Shown piece by piece: positions 17,408-28,054 of a DNA stretch of 64,000 bases. The notes under the pieces are model-generated. The model was not told the DNA's origin. It was given only the letters and a program-made list of their open reading frames with translations, and searched no databases. The DNA lies in assembly GCA_001805645.1 (NCBI GenBank), contig MHGQ01000032.1, positions 267-64,266 on the forward strand, given 5' to 3'. The DNA is from Omnitrophica WOR_2 bacterium RIFCSPHIGHO2_02_FULL_50_17 (GTDB lineage: Bacteria > Omnitrophota > Gorgyraeia > Zapsychrales > Zapsychraceae). Both the position numbers and the translations under genes were made by a program. The number at the start of each line of letters is the position of its first letter. The stretch's first letter is position 1.

Positions 17408-17512
17408 ACCCTTCGACGCTCCCAGGCCTAAAGGCAGGGGTTTGCTCAGGGTGATACTGAGCGGCGCCCTTAACCCGCCCTTAACGGGGGTTGGCGCCGT
17501 CGAACGTATCAA
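17408..17512. repeat. Back-to-back pair of TGAGC..GTCGAA hairpin elements, each with an inner hairpin, overlapping the rpoD stop
   Basis: Minus: accc-tgagc-[hairpin]-gtcgaa-gggt; plus: tgatac-tgagc-[ggcgcc..ggcgcc]-gtcgaa-c-gtatca. Confidence 0.75.
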
Positions 17513-19101
17513 GTAAGCTGATCCTCTTTAGCGGCCATATCAAGAAACTGTTTAATGCGCCGGGAACGTGTCGGATGACGCAATTTGCGCAACGCCTTGG
17601 ACTCAATCTGGCGCACGCGCTCGCGGGTGACGTTAAATTCACTCCCCACTTCCTCCAGGGTGCGGGTTGTCCCGTCGTGAATGCCAAAACGCAGTTCCAG
17701 GATCCGGCGTTCCCGTTCATCCAGGGTATTGAGAACACCCGCGATCTCATCTTTGAGCATCGACTGCAGAGTCGCATTCGCCGGTGAGATGGCCTTTTTA
17801 TCCTCGATGAAATCCCCGAAATGGGTATCCCCCTCATCGCCGATGGGCGTCTGAAGGGAAATCGGCACCTGGGAAATTTTCAGGATCTCCTTGACCTTGC
17901 TGACAGGGATCCGCATTTGCTTGGCGATTTCCGGCGCGCTTGGCTCACGGCCATATTCCTGCACAAAAAAACGCGAGACACGGATGATTTTATTAATCGT
18001 CTCGGTCATATGAACAGGAATTCGGATCGTTCGTGCCTGATCGGCAATCGAGCGGGTGATGGCTTGACGAATCCACCACGTCGCATAGGTGGAAAATTTA
18101 TAACCTCTTTTGTATTCAAACTTTTCGACCGCACGGATAAGCCCCATATTTCCTTCCTGGATCAAATCCAGGAACGAAAGGCCGCGATTAATGTATTTTT
18201 TAGCGATACTGACAACCAATCTCAAATTGGCTTCAACCAGAAGTTTTTTGGCCTTATTGAACTTGGCCTGCCGCAACTTAATAATCCGAAGATCTTCCCG
18301 CAGATCCCGCCGAGGCTGCCCCAACTCCTTCAGAAGCATCATTTTCTTGCTGCGGAGCTCTTTCACATTCAGCACTTTCTTTTTCCCTTTCAAAATCCTT
18401 TCAATCTTCTCCGCCCGGTCCATCATCTCTTTGATCTCGGAGACGATTCTTTCATTAAAGGAAGCGACCAGTTTGAATTGAGAAAGGATGACGGCAGACT
18501 TCTCCGAACCAACCTTTGTGCGAGTGACCTCCTTCTTGATCCGCTCAAGTTCGCGCACCAGCTTCGGACGCCGCTCCAACTCGTCTTTAATCACGTCCTC
18601 GACATTTATTTCCTCATTGAGGACATGATGAATGATATCCAGAGCCGCCTTACGGGCATAAACGGTTTTATACAGCGCCTGGGCGAATTTAATCTCAGCC
18701 TCCTCAATACGCTTGGCCAGATTGATTTCGTTTTCCCTGGAGAGCAAAGGAATCGATCCCATCTGCTTAAGATACATCTTGACGGGATCGTCCAAGGGGA
18801 TAAATTTCTCCGAATAAACGTCTTCTTCTTTGCTCTCCTCGCGCAGACGCCGCACCTCCTGCTCCCGGGATTCCTCTTCGAGTTTTTCTGTAATATCTAA
18901 ATCCTCTTCCTCTTCCTCAACAATCTTGATATCCTGACCGTCGAGGATGTCAAAAACCTTATCAATATCCTCAGAGGAATGCACGTCCTCCGACAGGATT
19001 TCGTTGACATCCGTATAGGTAAGAAACCCTTTTTTCTTGCCCATCTCCACTAATTTATCAATATCCTGCTTCATAATGTTCTGAACTATGGGCTGTTTCA
19101 T
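17509..19101 (-). CDS. rpoD: RNA polymerase primary sigma factor
   Basis: Region 1.1, [57 protein letters not shown]. Confidence 0.97.
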   Translation of the reverse strand: MKQPIVQNIMKQDIDKLVEMGKKKGFLTYTDVNEILSEDVHSSEDIDKVFDILDGQDIKIVEEEEEDLDITEKLEEESREQEVRRLREESKEEDVYSEKFIPLDDPVKMYLKQMGSIPLLSRENEINLAKRIEEAEIKFAQALYKTVYARKAALDIIHHVLNEEINVEDVIKDELERRPKLVRELERIKKEVTRTKVGSEKSAVILSQFKLVASFNERIVSEIKEMMDRAEKIERILKGKKKVLNVKELRSKKMMLLKELGQPRRDLREDLRIIKLRQAKFNKAKKLLVEANLRLVVSIAKKYINRGLSFLDLIQEGNMGLIRAVEKFEYKRGYKFSTYATWWIRQAITRSIADQARTIRIPVHMTETINKIIRVSRFFVQEYGREPSAPEIAKQMRIPVSKVKEILKISQVPISLQTPIGDEGDTHFGDFIEDKKAISPANATLQSMLKDEIAGVLNTLDERERRILELRFGIHDGTTRTLEEVGSEFNVTRERVRQIESKALRKLRHPTRSRRIKQFLDMAAKEDQLT

Positions 19102-19114
19102 GTTCGATGAACCC

Positions 19115-20899
19115 TCATTTCCTGATACATTGGTTAAATTGCCGTGTCAAGGCATCCACGCGTCCGGCATCGCCGGCTGTCTCGGCCTCTTGAATCTGCT
19201 GCAGGAGCTGCTGCCTCTGCCATTTGAGCCGGTCATGTTTGATCCGGCCGATGCAATCATCATACATCTTCTCCCAATTACCGCGTATCTCCTCTTCGGC
19301 AACAAGTCCCGACAGCATCTGTTGGATATCGAGATCCTCAAAACTACTGATCAAGCTTCCGGCATCGATTTTGCGGCCCTGCTCAAATAGTGCAAATATC
19401 TTTGTAAGGACAGAACGGATCTGTGCGTCCCGAAAATCCGAAAGAGTTACCTCTACCCTGGCCTTCGGGATAACATCTTCTTTCTCAAGAATCAATTTGA
19501 GAAGGCTGCGCTCCACCGTCCGTGCCCGCGCCTGATTGCCAGCAGCCTGCCCACGGATTCGAGCAGAGATCCTCTGAGAGAGCGTCTGGCCGACCTTGTT
19601 ATACTCCTGAATAAGAATCTGTTCGGGCACATCCAGGATCTGGGCAAGCCTTTTAATGTATTCCGCCTTGATCAACTCGTTCTTATAATGATAGACCGAC
19701 GGCAGCATCTCCCCGGCAATCTTGGCCTTACCCTCGGCGCTCTCTTTATCAAAACGCTTAGAAAGAATAGTCAATTTATAATCAAAAAACTTCTGGGCAT
19801 TGGCAATCCTTTCCCGGAAAGCCTTCGCGCCATACCGGCATACAAAGGAATCGGGATCTTCCCCTGCCTCAAGAGTAGCGACCTTCACCTCCATCCCTTC
19901 CTCCAAAAGGATGTCGAGACTGCGCATCATCGCGGCCTCCCCGGCGGGGTCCATATCAAAAAGCATCACCACGTTATGAGTATAACGACGCAGCAAACGG
20001 ATTTGCTCGACGGTCAAGGCGGTCCCCAGCGAGGCCACCACATTATCAACACCGGCCTGATAGGGAATAAGGCAATCCATATACCCCTCGACAATAACCA
20101 CAGAATCCCCTTCGGCAATAGCCTGCCGGGAGAGATGAAACCCGTAGAGATGATGCCCCTTGGTGTAAATAATCGTCTCCGGTGAATTAAGGTATTTTGC
20201 CCCTTGTCCCTCGGCGCCAGAGTCTTCCACGGCGCGCGCCCCAAAGGCACGGCAATGCGCCCGTGTATCAAAGATCGGGAACATGATACGGTTGCGGAAA
20301 CGATCGTAATAACCCCGCCCGCCCTCCCGCGGGATAATGAGCCCGGCTTTTTCCATGAGACTTAAAGGGATCCCTTCGTTTTTCAAGTAAGCCAACAGGG
20401 CATCCCAGCGGTCAGGCGCCAACCCCATCTGAAATTTATGAATTGTCTCCTGCCCGACTTCCCTCCGGCGTAAATAGTCGAGGGCTTTTTTTGTCGTTGG
20501 TGACTGATCAGAGAGCAGGATCTTATGAAAAAAAATAACCGCTAAGGCATTAACCCGCAGTATGGCCTGGCGGACATTCGCCGTATGGGGCTCGGAGGTA
20601 TCGGCGCTGGGAATAAGGACATTGACCCTCTGGGCAAGAAAACGGACCGCCTCGGGAAACTCCATATGCTCCTGCTTCATGATGAAGCTCACAACGTTGC
20701 CGCCGGCCCCGCAGCCAAAGCAATGAAATATCTGTTTGTCCGGATTGACGATAAATGAAGGCGTCTTCTCGTTATGAAAAGGGCAGCATGCCTTAAAATT
20801 ACGCCCCACCCGTTTAAGCGGAATATACGAGGATACCGCCTCAACGATATCGCATCGGTCAACAACCTGAGAAATGATCTCTTCAGGGATAAGCGCCAT
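19115..20899 (-). CDS. dnaG: DNA primase
   Basis: [16 protein letters not shown] zinc finger, [31 protein letters not shown]. Confidence 0.97.
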   Translation of the reverse strand: MALIPEEIISQVVDRCDIVEAVSSYIPLKRVGRNFKACCPFHNEKTPSFIVNPDKQIFHCFGCGAGGNVVSFIMKQEHMEFPEAVRFLAQRVNVLIPSADTSEPHTANVRQAILRVNALAVIFFHKILLSDQSPTTKKALDYLRRREVGQETIHKFQMGLAPDRWDALLAYLKNEGIPLSLMEKAGLIIPREGGRGYYDRFRNRIMFPIFDTRAHCRAFGARAVEDSGAEGQGAKYLNSPETIIYTKGHHLYGFHLSRQAIAEGDSVVIVEGYMDCLIPYQAGVDNVVASLGTALTVEQIRLLRRYTHNVVMLFDMDPAGEAAMMRSLDILLEEGMEVKVATLEAGEDPDSFVCRYGAKAFRERIANAQKFFDYKLTILSKRFDKESAEGKAKIAGEMLPSVYHYKNELIKAEYIKRLAQILDVPEQILIQEYNKVGQTLSQRISARIRGQAAGNQARARTVERSLLKLILEKEDVIPKARVEVTLSDFRDAQIRSVLTKIFALFEQGRKIDAGSLISSFEDLDIQQMLSGLVAEEEIRGNWEKMYDDCIGRIKHDRLKWQRQQLLQQIQEAETAGDAGRVDALTRQFNQCIRK

Positions 20900-21456
20900 T
20901 ATGGCTTGATTCCTCCTGTCAGCCGGAGAACCTTGGTATTCACCGGTTCCTCTGGGAAAAAAGGACGAATAACCGCCGTATAAGCGGCCTCATACACGCG
21001 TGCAGAAACATTTTGCAAAACAGGCTGACTGAGGGAACTTTGAATATGCTGATTTATATAGCTGTTATTCCAAAGGATAAGCGCCAACAAAAACAAACCG
21101 CAAGCCAGATAACTCGTTAACAAAGAACACAGGGCGCCTGCCCATTTATTGAGCGCCGATTTTACCTCGACCTTAAAGATGATCAGCCATCCTTCCCTAA
21201 TAAGAAAGGAAAAAAGAATGGCCGCTATCATCAAAATCGTGAAGCTGAGGGATTCCTGAGTCTTCTCAGGGATAAATAATTTCTTTGTCAAAAACCCCGC
21301 GAAAGAAAGATAATAATGCAATATGACAAATGTCGCACAAACAATCCCTATAAGCCGAAACAACTCCGCCATAAAACCGGTTTTCGCGCCAACATAAAAA
21401 CTCCTGACCACCGCACCCAACATCAATATATCGACAAGATTAAAATTCAACGTCAC
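20899..21456 (-). CDS. cvpA: CvpA family membrane protein
   Basis: NLVDI..G..GFMAEL, four TM helices, LNKWAGA. Confidence 0.75.
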   Translation of the reverse strand: MTLNFNLVDILMLGAVVRSFYVGAKTGFMAELFRLIGIVCATFVILHYYLSFAGFLTKKLFIPEKTQESLSFTILMIAAILFSFLIREGWLIIFKVEVKSALNKWAGALCSLLTSYLACGLFLLALILWNNSYINQHIQSSLSQPVLQNVSARVYEAAYTAVIRPFFPEEPVNTKVLRLTGGIKP

Positions 21457-21549
21457 GGATATATTCCTGCGGGAAAATGTTGGCTAAAAAATAAATGTGC
21501 GTTGTACCCCTAAAGACGAGCGATTTCCTGACCAGACAGAATGGGTAGA

Positions 21550-21578
21550 AGTATAACATACAGACACAGGACTGTCAA
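21550..21578 (-). promoter_or_regulatory. Sigma70 promoter for cvpA-dnaG-rpoD
   Basis: TTGACA-17 nt-TATACT with extended TG. Confidence 0.75.
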
Positions 21579-21665
21579 GGAAGCGCTACCACACTCAAAT
21601 AGAACATAACCTGTTTGTTTTCAATAAGTTCTAAATCTTTTGTCCAAGCCTATTCTGGAATGGCC

Positions 21666-21694
21666 TTGACATTCCCCCTTGAAGATGCTATCTT
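21666..21694 (+). promoter_or_regulatory. Sigma70 promoter for the GGDEF gene
   Basis: TTGACA-17 nt-TATCTT with extended TG. Confidence 0.65.
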
Positions 21695-21700
21695 TCATTA

Positions 21701-22939
21701 ATGAATATACGCTCCACAGCAGATACGCAAGAAAAAGAGATGTCCATGCATTTAACTATGGAAGAAAAGCATCTTATCCATATACAAAGCCTGCAAGAGA
21801 AACTGAGCCGGGCCAACAGAGAACTGGCGGTACTCTATGAGATCAGCAACGCTATGCGCACCACCCTCGACCTGAACCATATCCTTTATATCATTCTCAC
21901 CTGTGTCACCGCCCATACCGGCCTTGGATTCAACAGGGCCATCTTGTTTCTCGTCAATTCCAAAGAGCGCTGTCTGGAGCCGCAGATGGCCATCTGCCCC
22001 GAATCAGGAGAGCATGCCCAGAAAATCTGGCAATATATTTCCCTCACAAAACCGCACCTGGAGGATCTGATCAAAGAAGAAAATATCTCCCCGGACATGA
22101 CTCAGTCCTCCCTGCTGCAATCGGTTAAAAAGTTAAGAATCCCTTTAGAAATCAACAGTCCGAGCCTGTTGGCAAAAGCCTTCCATGAGGGTGCCCCTGT
22201 CCACATCACCCCGCAGGAAATCAACCGCTACAGCGACGACGTATTATTGCAGACATTCAAGACCAACGAGCTGGTCATCATGCCTCTTAAGGCAAAAGAC
22301 AAGGTCAACGGCCTCATTATCGCCGACAACCTCTACACCCAGAAACCCGTCACCCAGGATGATCTACGGATGTTTGTAATGCTGGCCAACCAGGCGGGAC
22401 TGGCCATCGAAAACTCCCATTTGTACGAAATGGTCCGCCAGAAGAGCCGCACCGATGCCCTCACGCATTTATGGAATCACGGTTTCTTTCAGGACCAACT
22501 GACAAAAGAAATCGATATGTCCCAACTGACACATCATCCCTTAAGCCTTATGATTCTCGATATGGATGACTTTAAGAAGCTCAACGACACCCACGGACAC
22601 CAAAACGGAGATTGTATCTTGAAAGAGATAGCCTATCTCCTCAAAGATTCATCGAGGGAGAATGATTATGTCTGCCGCTACGGCGGGGAGGAATTCTCCA
22701 TCATCCTCACGCAGACCCATAAAGAACAGGGGATGACCATTGCCGAGCGGCTCCGTCAGAGAATCGCCGGCCATCCTTTCCGGATATCCTGTGCCGAACA
22801 GCCGCTTAAGGTAACCGTCAGCATTGGACTGGCTGTTTTCCCCGATGACGCTCAGACAAAAGAAGAATTAATCACCAAGGCCGACAAGGCCATGTATATC
22901 GCCAAATTCAGCGGTAAGAATCAAACCTGTCCGATTTAA
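21701..22939 (+). CDS. GAF-GGDEF diguanylate cyclase
   Basis: GAF (LAVLYEIS..LANQAGLAIEN), DALTHLWN, DMDDFKKLND, RENDYVCRYGGEEF with RxxD I-site. Confidence 0.93.
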   Translation: MNIRSTADTQEKEMSMHLTMEEKHLIHIQSLQEKLSRANRELAVLYEISNAMRTTLDLNHILYIILTCVTAHTGLGFNRAILFLVNSKERCLEPQMAICPESGEHAQKIWQYISLTKPHLEDLIKEENISPDMTQSSLLQSVKKLRIPLEINSPSLLAKAFHEGAPVHITPQEINRYSDDVLLQTFKTNELVIMPLKAKDKVNGLIIADNLYTQKPVTQDDLRMFVMLANQAGLAIENSHLYEMVRQKSRTDALTHLWNHGFFQDQLTKEIDMSQLTHHPLSLMILDMDDFKKLNDTHGHQNGDCILKEIAYLLKDSSRENDYVCRYGGEEFSIILTQTHKEQGMTIAERLRQRIAGHPFRISCAEQPLKVTVSIGLAVFPDDAQTKEELITKADKAMYIAKFSGKNQTCPI

Positions 22940-22960
22940 GCTCCCCAAGCCGCCGCTCCT

Positions 22961-25900
22961 TTAGGCCGCCACTAGGGCCGCCTCTTCTTCCTTTTTCTTT
23001 TCATCGGAGAACTTCACCGACACAATCCGCGAGACACCCGTCTCCGGCATCGTGATCCCATACATGATATCGGCACTGGCGATAGTTTTCTTATTGTGCG
23101 TAATCACAATAAACTGGGCGATCTTCGCGAACTCCTTCAGGAGATAACTAAACCGTGCGACATTGGAATCATCAAGGGCGGCATCGATCTCATCCAGCAC
23201 GCAAAACGGACTCGGCTTGACCCTAAAGACACCGAAGATAAGGGCGATAGCTGTTAAAGTCTTCTCCCCTCCCGAGAGCAAGCTGATATTCTGCAGCTTT
23301 TTCCCCGGCGGCCGGGCAATGATGTCAATGCCGGACTCCAGGACATTCTCGGGATCAAGCAAAACTAACTGTGCCTCGCCTCCGCCAAAAAGCATACGGA
23401 AATAAACACGAAACTCCTCTCCTACCTTCGTGAAGGTATCCATGAATATCTGGTGCGTCGAGCGGTTAATTTTGCTGATGGTAGTCATCAACTGCGACTT
23501 GGCCTCCAGCAAATCGCTCTGCTGTTTGGTGAGGAATTCAAAGCGTCCTTTCAACTCTTCACATTCCTCAATCGCCACCAGATTCACGCTGCCGAAAGAA
23601 TCGCATCGCCTCCTCAGACGCTCAATCTCCCTGACAATTTCCTCTTCGTTCAATGCCTCTGGCGTCTCCTGCCCCCCGGCGACTGCCCCACCTTGCGAAG
23701 GCGGCGGGCCAACCACATCGTCAAGATTGATTCTATACGTTTGCTGAAGGCGATCCTTGATGCCCTTTTCCTTGAAACTTAACTCCTGCCCTTTCAATTC
23801 CTGATCATGAAGAAGCTGTTGGACACGATTCCTTCCCTCCTCAAGACCGGCAATGCCAGAACGCAGGCTGCCTATGCACTGAACCAAATCCTGTTTCTGG
23901 CATTCGTAATCGGCCAACGTCCCCTTGAGGGATTCCTGACCGCGCCGGACATTCTCGATCTTCTCCATCAAGGCCTGATTTTCCAATGCCGCCTGGGCCT
24001 TGCGCCCCTCGCTGGACGCTATCTCGTCATCAATCTTTTTGATTTCTTCAAGCCAACTGTCGAGATCCTTCGAAAACATCTCCAAATGTTCGCAGGAGGT
24101 CTCCAACTTGTCCTTTTGAGATTCCCGTTCAGCCTCCATCTGGGCAATGGCAACCGTGATCTCTTCTTTCTCCTGGGACTTCGCGGCGATCCACGCCTGC
24201 TTATTCTTAATATCATTCTGGCACCACTCAATATCCTGATTGACGGTATCCAGCTGGTAAGTCAGCTCTTCCTCACGTTTCTTAACCGCCGATAAAACAG
24301 CTTCCACCTCACCTAATTCTGAGGCGATGAGCTCCAACTCTTCCTGCAGTTGATGCGACTTCTCCAAGAGATCGTTATGCTGGGCATTAAAGACCGAGAA
24401 GACCTTTTCTTGGCCATGAATATTCTGCTGAATATCCTTGTAAAGTTTAGCCTCGTCTTCGATCTTGGCGATATACGCGTCTTTTTCTGTGCTCAATTGA
24501 TCAATCTCCAGATTAATCTCTTCTATTCTTCTGGAGATCTGCTGAGGATCAAGCTCGATAAACTTGGTCTCACAGACGATCTCATACAATTGCTGAACGT
24601 CATTCTTCGCCAGGATATTCTTTAAAAATTCAAACTTCCCGTTGCCCGTTGCATGAACCTCCTTGACCTTGCCGATGATGCCGGTGTGATGATTCAGAGG
24701 CTGCGTCTGCGTAATGAGACGCCCCTCCACAACCGGGTCAGGGATATCTTGGTATTGAACATTGAGTTTCTCGATAAAATCTTTCTGGGATTTATAAAAC
24801 AAACCCTTTTTTTCCAACTCATCAATTCTCTGGCTTAAACCGGCCATCTCACCCCTTAGTCGGTCTAACAGGGCACCCTGATTTTCCCTGTCCCCTTCCA
24901 AGCCGCGGATAATCCCCTCTAGACGGTGGATCTCTGCGTCCAAATTCTGCAATTTGTGTTTTAAGCCGTCCACTTCGACACCGACCTTCCCCCGCTCAAT
25001 CTCCAGGCGGCGCTTCCTGGCAAGCGCCCCTTGAATTTCTTTCATGACATCCGTCAGCTCGTTGCGGACACTCACCTGCTGGGAAGTGAGGGGCAATATT
25101 CTCTCCTCATTCTCGACAATCTTATCCTTGGCCTCTTGGACTGACCCTTCCATCCGGGATAAAAGAACCCGCTTTTCTTTCAAATTCTGCTGGCGGGACT
25201 GCAAGGTTTCCTGAACGAGGGCCACCCCCTCTTTTAACTCTTCGATCTTTTCCTGCTGGGTACGGCAGCGCGTGATCAGATGTTCTTTTTGCTCTTTAAA
25301 TTTTTGGTTATGCCCGTCAATGCCGGCGATGCGCTCTTCATTAAATCCGATATGACGGTTGTTCAAATCGATCTGTCCCTCCAGCCTGATCTCTTCGGCA
25401 TGCAAACCATTGATCTTGCCTTCCAGTTCTTCCCAAAGATCAGTCCTGCCGGTTAATTGATCCGCATGCTCCTCTAGCTGCCGGCTTATTTCCTGTTCCT
25501 CTCCTTTAAGCTCCTCCATCCTGGCGCCGACGGTTGCCCGTTCATGCCCCAGCGCATTCAACTGGTGTTGGGTCCATTGAACTTCCAGCTTCTCCAACTT
25601 TTCAAACTCCTCTTTGTATTTTCTGGCCTTATCGGCCTGACGCTCGATGGAGGCAATCTGCCGCTTGACCTCGACAATAATATCGTTGATGCGCAAAAGG
25701 TTGTTCTCTGTGTCCTTAAGCTTGTTTAACGCCTCTTTCTTCTTGACTTTATATTTGGTGATCCCTGAGGCCTCATCAAAAATCATACGCCGGTCTTCCG
25801 GCCTGGCGCTCACGACCAAATCAACCTTTCCCTGCTGAACCAAAGAATAAGCCTCGGCCCCGATGCCCGTTCCCATCAACAACTCCTGGATATCCCTTAA

Positions 25901-26260
25901 GCGCACAACCGTCTTATTGAGAAGATACTCGCTTTCACCGGAGCGAAACAATCGCCTCGTCATCGTAACCTCATCGTATTCGATAGGAAGCATGCGCGCA
26001 TCATTGGCAAAAGTCAGGCTGACCTCAGCAAATCCCAAAGAGGCCTTCTGAGCTGTTCCATTGAAAATGACATCTTCCATGGAGCTCCCGCGCAGATCCT
26101 TGGTGCTCTGTTCCCCCAGTACCCATCGAATGGCGTCAAAGACATTGCTTTTCCCGCATCCGTTAGGACCAACGATGGCTGTTATGCCCGGCTCGAAATT
26201 AAGGATGGTCTTATCCGCGAACGACTTGAACCCAAAGATCTCCAACTTTTTAAAATGCAT
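22961..26260 (-). CDS. smc: Chromosome segregation ATPase SMC with atypically short hinge
   Basis: FGFKSFAD, GPNGCGKSN, LSGGEK, LDEIDAALD, FIVITH; long coiled coils. Confidence 0.92.
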   Translation of the reverse strand: MHFKKLEIFGFKSFADKTILNFEPGITAIVGPNGCGKSNVFDAIRWVLGEQSTKDLRGSSMEDVIFNGTAQKASLGFAEVSLTFANDARMLPIEYDEVTMTRRLFRSGESEYLLNKTVVRLRDIQELLMGTGIGAEAYSLVQQGKVDLVVSARPEDRRMIFDEASGITKYKVKKKEALNKLKDTENNLLRINDIIVEVKRQIASIERQADKARKYKEEFEKLEKLEVQWTQHQLNALGHERATVGARMEELKGEEQEISRQLEEHADQLTGRTDLWEELEGKINGLHAEEIRLEGQIDLNNRHIGFNEERIAGIDGHNQKFKEQKEHLITRCRTQQEKIEELKEGVALVQETLQSRQQNLKEKRVLLSRMEGSVQEAKDKIVENEERILPLTSQQVSVRNELTDVMKEIQGALARKRRLEIERGKVGVEVDGLKHKLQNLDAEIHRLEGIIRGLEGDRENQGALLDRLRGEMAGLSQRIDELEKKGLFYKSQKDFIEKLNVQYQDIPDPVVEGRLITQTQPLNHHTGIIGKVKEVHATGNGKFEFLKNILAKNDVQQLYEIVCETKFIELDPQQISRRIEEINLEIDQLSTEKDAYIAKIEDEAKLYKDIQQNIHGQEKVFSVFNAQHNDLLEKSHQLQEELELIASELGEVEAVLSAVKKREEELTYQLDTVNQDIEWCQNDIKNKQAWIAAKSQEKEEITVAIAQMEAERESQKDKLETSCEHLEMFSKDLDSWLEEIKKIDDEIASSEGRKAQAALENQALMEKIENVRRGQESLKGTLADYECQKQDLVQCIGSLRSGIAGLEEGRNRVQQLLHDQELKGQELSFKEKGIKDRLQQTYRINLDDVVGPPPSQGGAVAGGQETPEALNEEEIVREIERLRRRCDSFGSVNLVAIEECEELKGRFEFLTKQQSDLLEAKSQLMTTISKINRSTHQIFMDTFTKVGEEFRVYFRMLFGGGEAQLVLLDPENVLESGIDIIARPPGKKLQNISLLSGGEKTLTAIALIFGVFRVKPSPFCVLDEIDAALDDSNVARFSYLLKEFAKIAQFIVITHNKKTIASADIMYGITMPETGVSRIVSVKFSDEKKKEEEAALVAA

Positions 26261-26276
26261 AATCAGCTCCTCGTTT

Positions 26277-26462
26277 TTAGGTGGTTTCTTGTTGTTTACC
26301 GTCGAGCCATGTGTCAATCTTTTCTTTCTTAAACCGCCATTGCCCTACCGTTTTAATGGCAGGAATCTTCCCCTTCTTAAGCCATTCATAGATAGTCCTC
26401 CTCTTCACGCGAAGATATCTGGCCACCTCATCAATTGTCATCAATTCCTGAAAATGCAGCAT
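26277..26462 (-). CDS. Excisionase-like helix-turn-helix (HTH_17) protein
   Basis: LMTIDEVARYLRVKRRTIYEWLKKGKIPAIK..QWRF. Confidence 0.88.
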   Translation of the reverse strand: MLHFQELMTIDEVARYLRVKRRTIYEWLKKGKIPAIKTVGQWRFKKEKIDTWLDGKQQETT

Positions 26463-26540
26463 AAAATCTCTTCTCTAATAATGTATTGGGAATCTGCGAG
26501 ATACATCAATCGCAATTAGCAATCAACAACAAGCTTATTC

Positions 26541-26569
26541 ACTTTATTACACGACTTTTCATGTGTCAA
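26541..26569 (-). promoter_or_regulatory. Putative sigma70 promoter for HTH-smc
   Basis: TTGACA-17 nt-TAAAGT in an AT-rich spacer. Confidence 0.5.
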
Positions 26570-26831
26570 CAATTTTATCAATTTTTTTATATATTAATCA
26601 TAAAATCTTCTATCTTTGTCAAAACAATTCATTTAAGTTCAATAATATCATTATATTGTCATTAAAAGGCAAGAATCTACATATTTATAGCAAAATGACC
26701 TGAAATATAGTCAACCAATGCTATATATTTACAGATGATACATTAAACTTACATATTATAACATCACGGGTTGGAAAAGGTGTGCAGGAAAGTACGGCCG
26801 TGGCATTGATACCGGGAGGAATGCAAAATCC

Positions 26832-28031
26832 TTAAGCGGCTGAGATGAGCCTCTGTTCGTAGTCGACATCCGCAGCATAATCGACCCCTTCAAACCCAAA
26901 GCCAAAGAGCTTCAGGAATTCTTTGTGATACCCTTCCATATCGGCAAATTGAGCTAAATTCTTATCGTTAAGTTTTTCCCAATTGGCACGAACCTGGGAT
27001 TGGACATCCTTGCGCACTTCCCAGTCATCCATGCGGATAAGCCCCTTTTCATCGACCGGGATGGGCCCTCCAGCATAGAGACGAGTCGAAAAGAGGCGGT
27101 AAACCTGGGCAATGCAGTCCTCGTATACGCCTTTTTCCTTCATAACCTTATTCAGCAAAACAAAATAAAGCGGAATAACCGGTATCGCTGAACTCGATTG
27201 GGTGACAAGGGCCTTATTGACCGAGACCAATGCCCTCCCTCTTATTTTTTTCATCCGTTTATCCAATTCATGCGCCGTGGCTTCCAGATGATCCTTGGCC
27301 CTGCCGATTGTGCCATTACGGTAAATACTTTTCGTGATCTCCGGCCCTATATAAGAATAGGCAACCGTGACAACACCCTCCTCCAAAAGTTTTTCTCTTT
27401 CGAGGGCGTCCATCCAATATTCCCAATCCTCGCCACCCATCACGGAAATGGTCTGATCAATCTCCTCCTGCGCGGCCGCTGGCAGCGTAACGGTCTCAAG
27501 CGTGCTGGTCGTGACATCCAAAGACATGCTGGTATAAGAGGCCCCAATGGGTTTAAGGACAGCTTTAGCGACCTGCCCTGTCTTCGGGTGCTGACGCCGG
27601 GGGGCTGCCACGCTGTAAACAACCAAATCCACCTTTCCTAAATCCTTTTTGATAAACCCTATAACCGCTGCCTTTGCCTCGTCGGAGAAGGCATCGATAT
27701 TGAGACTCTTGGCATAGAGGCCGGTTTTTTGGGCCTTTTGTTCAAAGGCAACCGAATTATACCACCCGGCAGAGGCGGTCCGATTGTTTTCTGCCTCCTT
27801 TTCCAGGAAGACACCTATGGTGGCGGCCTGGCATCCGAAAGCCGTCACAACGCGTGAGGCCAGGCCATAACCGGTGGATGCCCCTATCACCAAAACCTTT
27901 TGGGGTCCGTTTTTCATCAATCCACGATTTCGGACATAATCTATCTGGTCCTGAATATACTTGGCGCAACCTACCGGATGGGCTGTCGTGCAGATAAATC
28001 CCCGGATTCTCGGCTCTATAATCATATTCAC
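26832..28031 (-). CDS. fabV: Enoyl-ACP reductase FabV / trans-2-enoyl-CoA reductase
   Basis: RGFICTTAHPVGC, GASTGYGLASR, YSYIGPE..YRNGTIGRAK. Confidence 0.95.
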   Translation of the reverse strand: MNMIIEPRIRGFICTTAHPVGCAKYIQDQIDYVRNRGLMKNGPQKVLVIGASTGYGLASRVVTAFGCQAATIGVFLEKEAENNRTASAGWYNSVAFEQKAQKTGLYAKSLNIDAFSDEAKAAVIGFIKKDLGKVDLVVYSVAAPRRQHPKTGQVAKAVLKPIGASYTSMSLDVTTSTLETVTLPAAAQEEIDQTISVMGGEDWEYWMDALEREKLLEEGVVTVAYSYIGPEITKSIYRNGTIGRAKDHLEATAHELDKRMKKIRGRALVSVNKALVTQSSSAIPVIPLYFVLLNKVMKEKGVYEDCIAQVYRLFSTRLYAGGPIPVDEKGLIRMDDWEVRKDVQSQVRANWEKLNDKNLAQFADMEGYHKEFLKLFGFGFEGVDYAADVDYEQRLISAA

Positions 28032-28054
28032 TCCTCACAAGTTAGCGGGATGGC

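Noticed and set aside
26463-26830. AT-rich spacer as oriC or dif
   Set aside because: No DnaA-box cluster and no convincing XerC/XerD site
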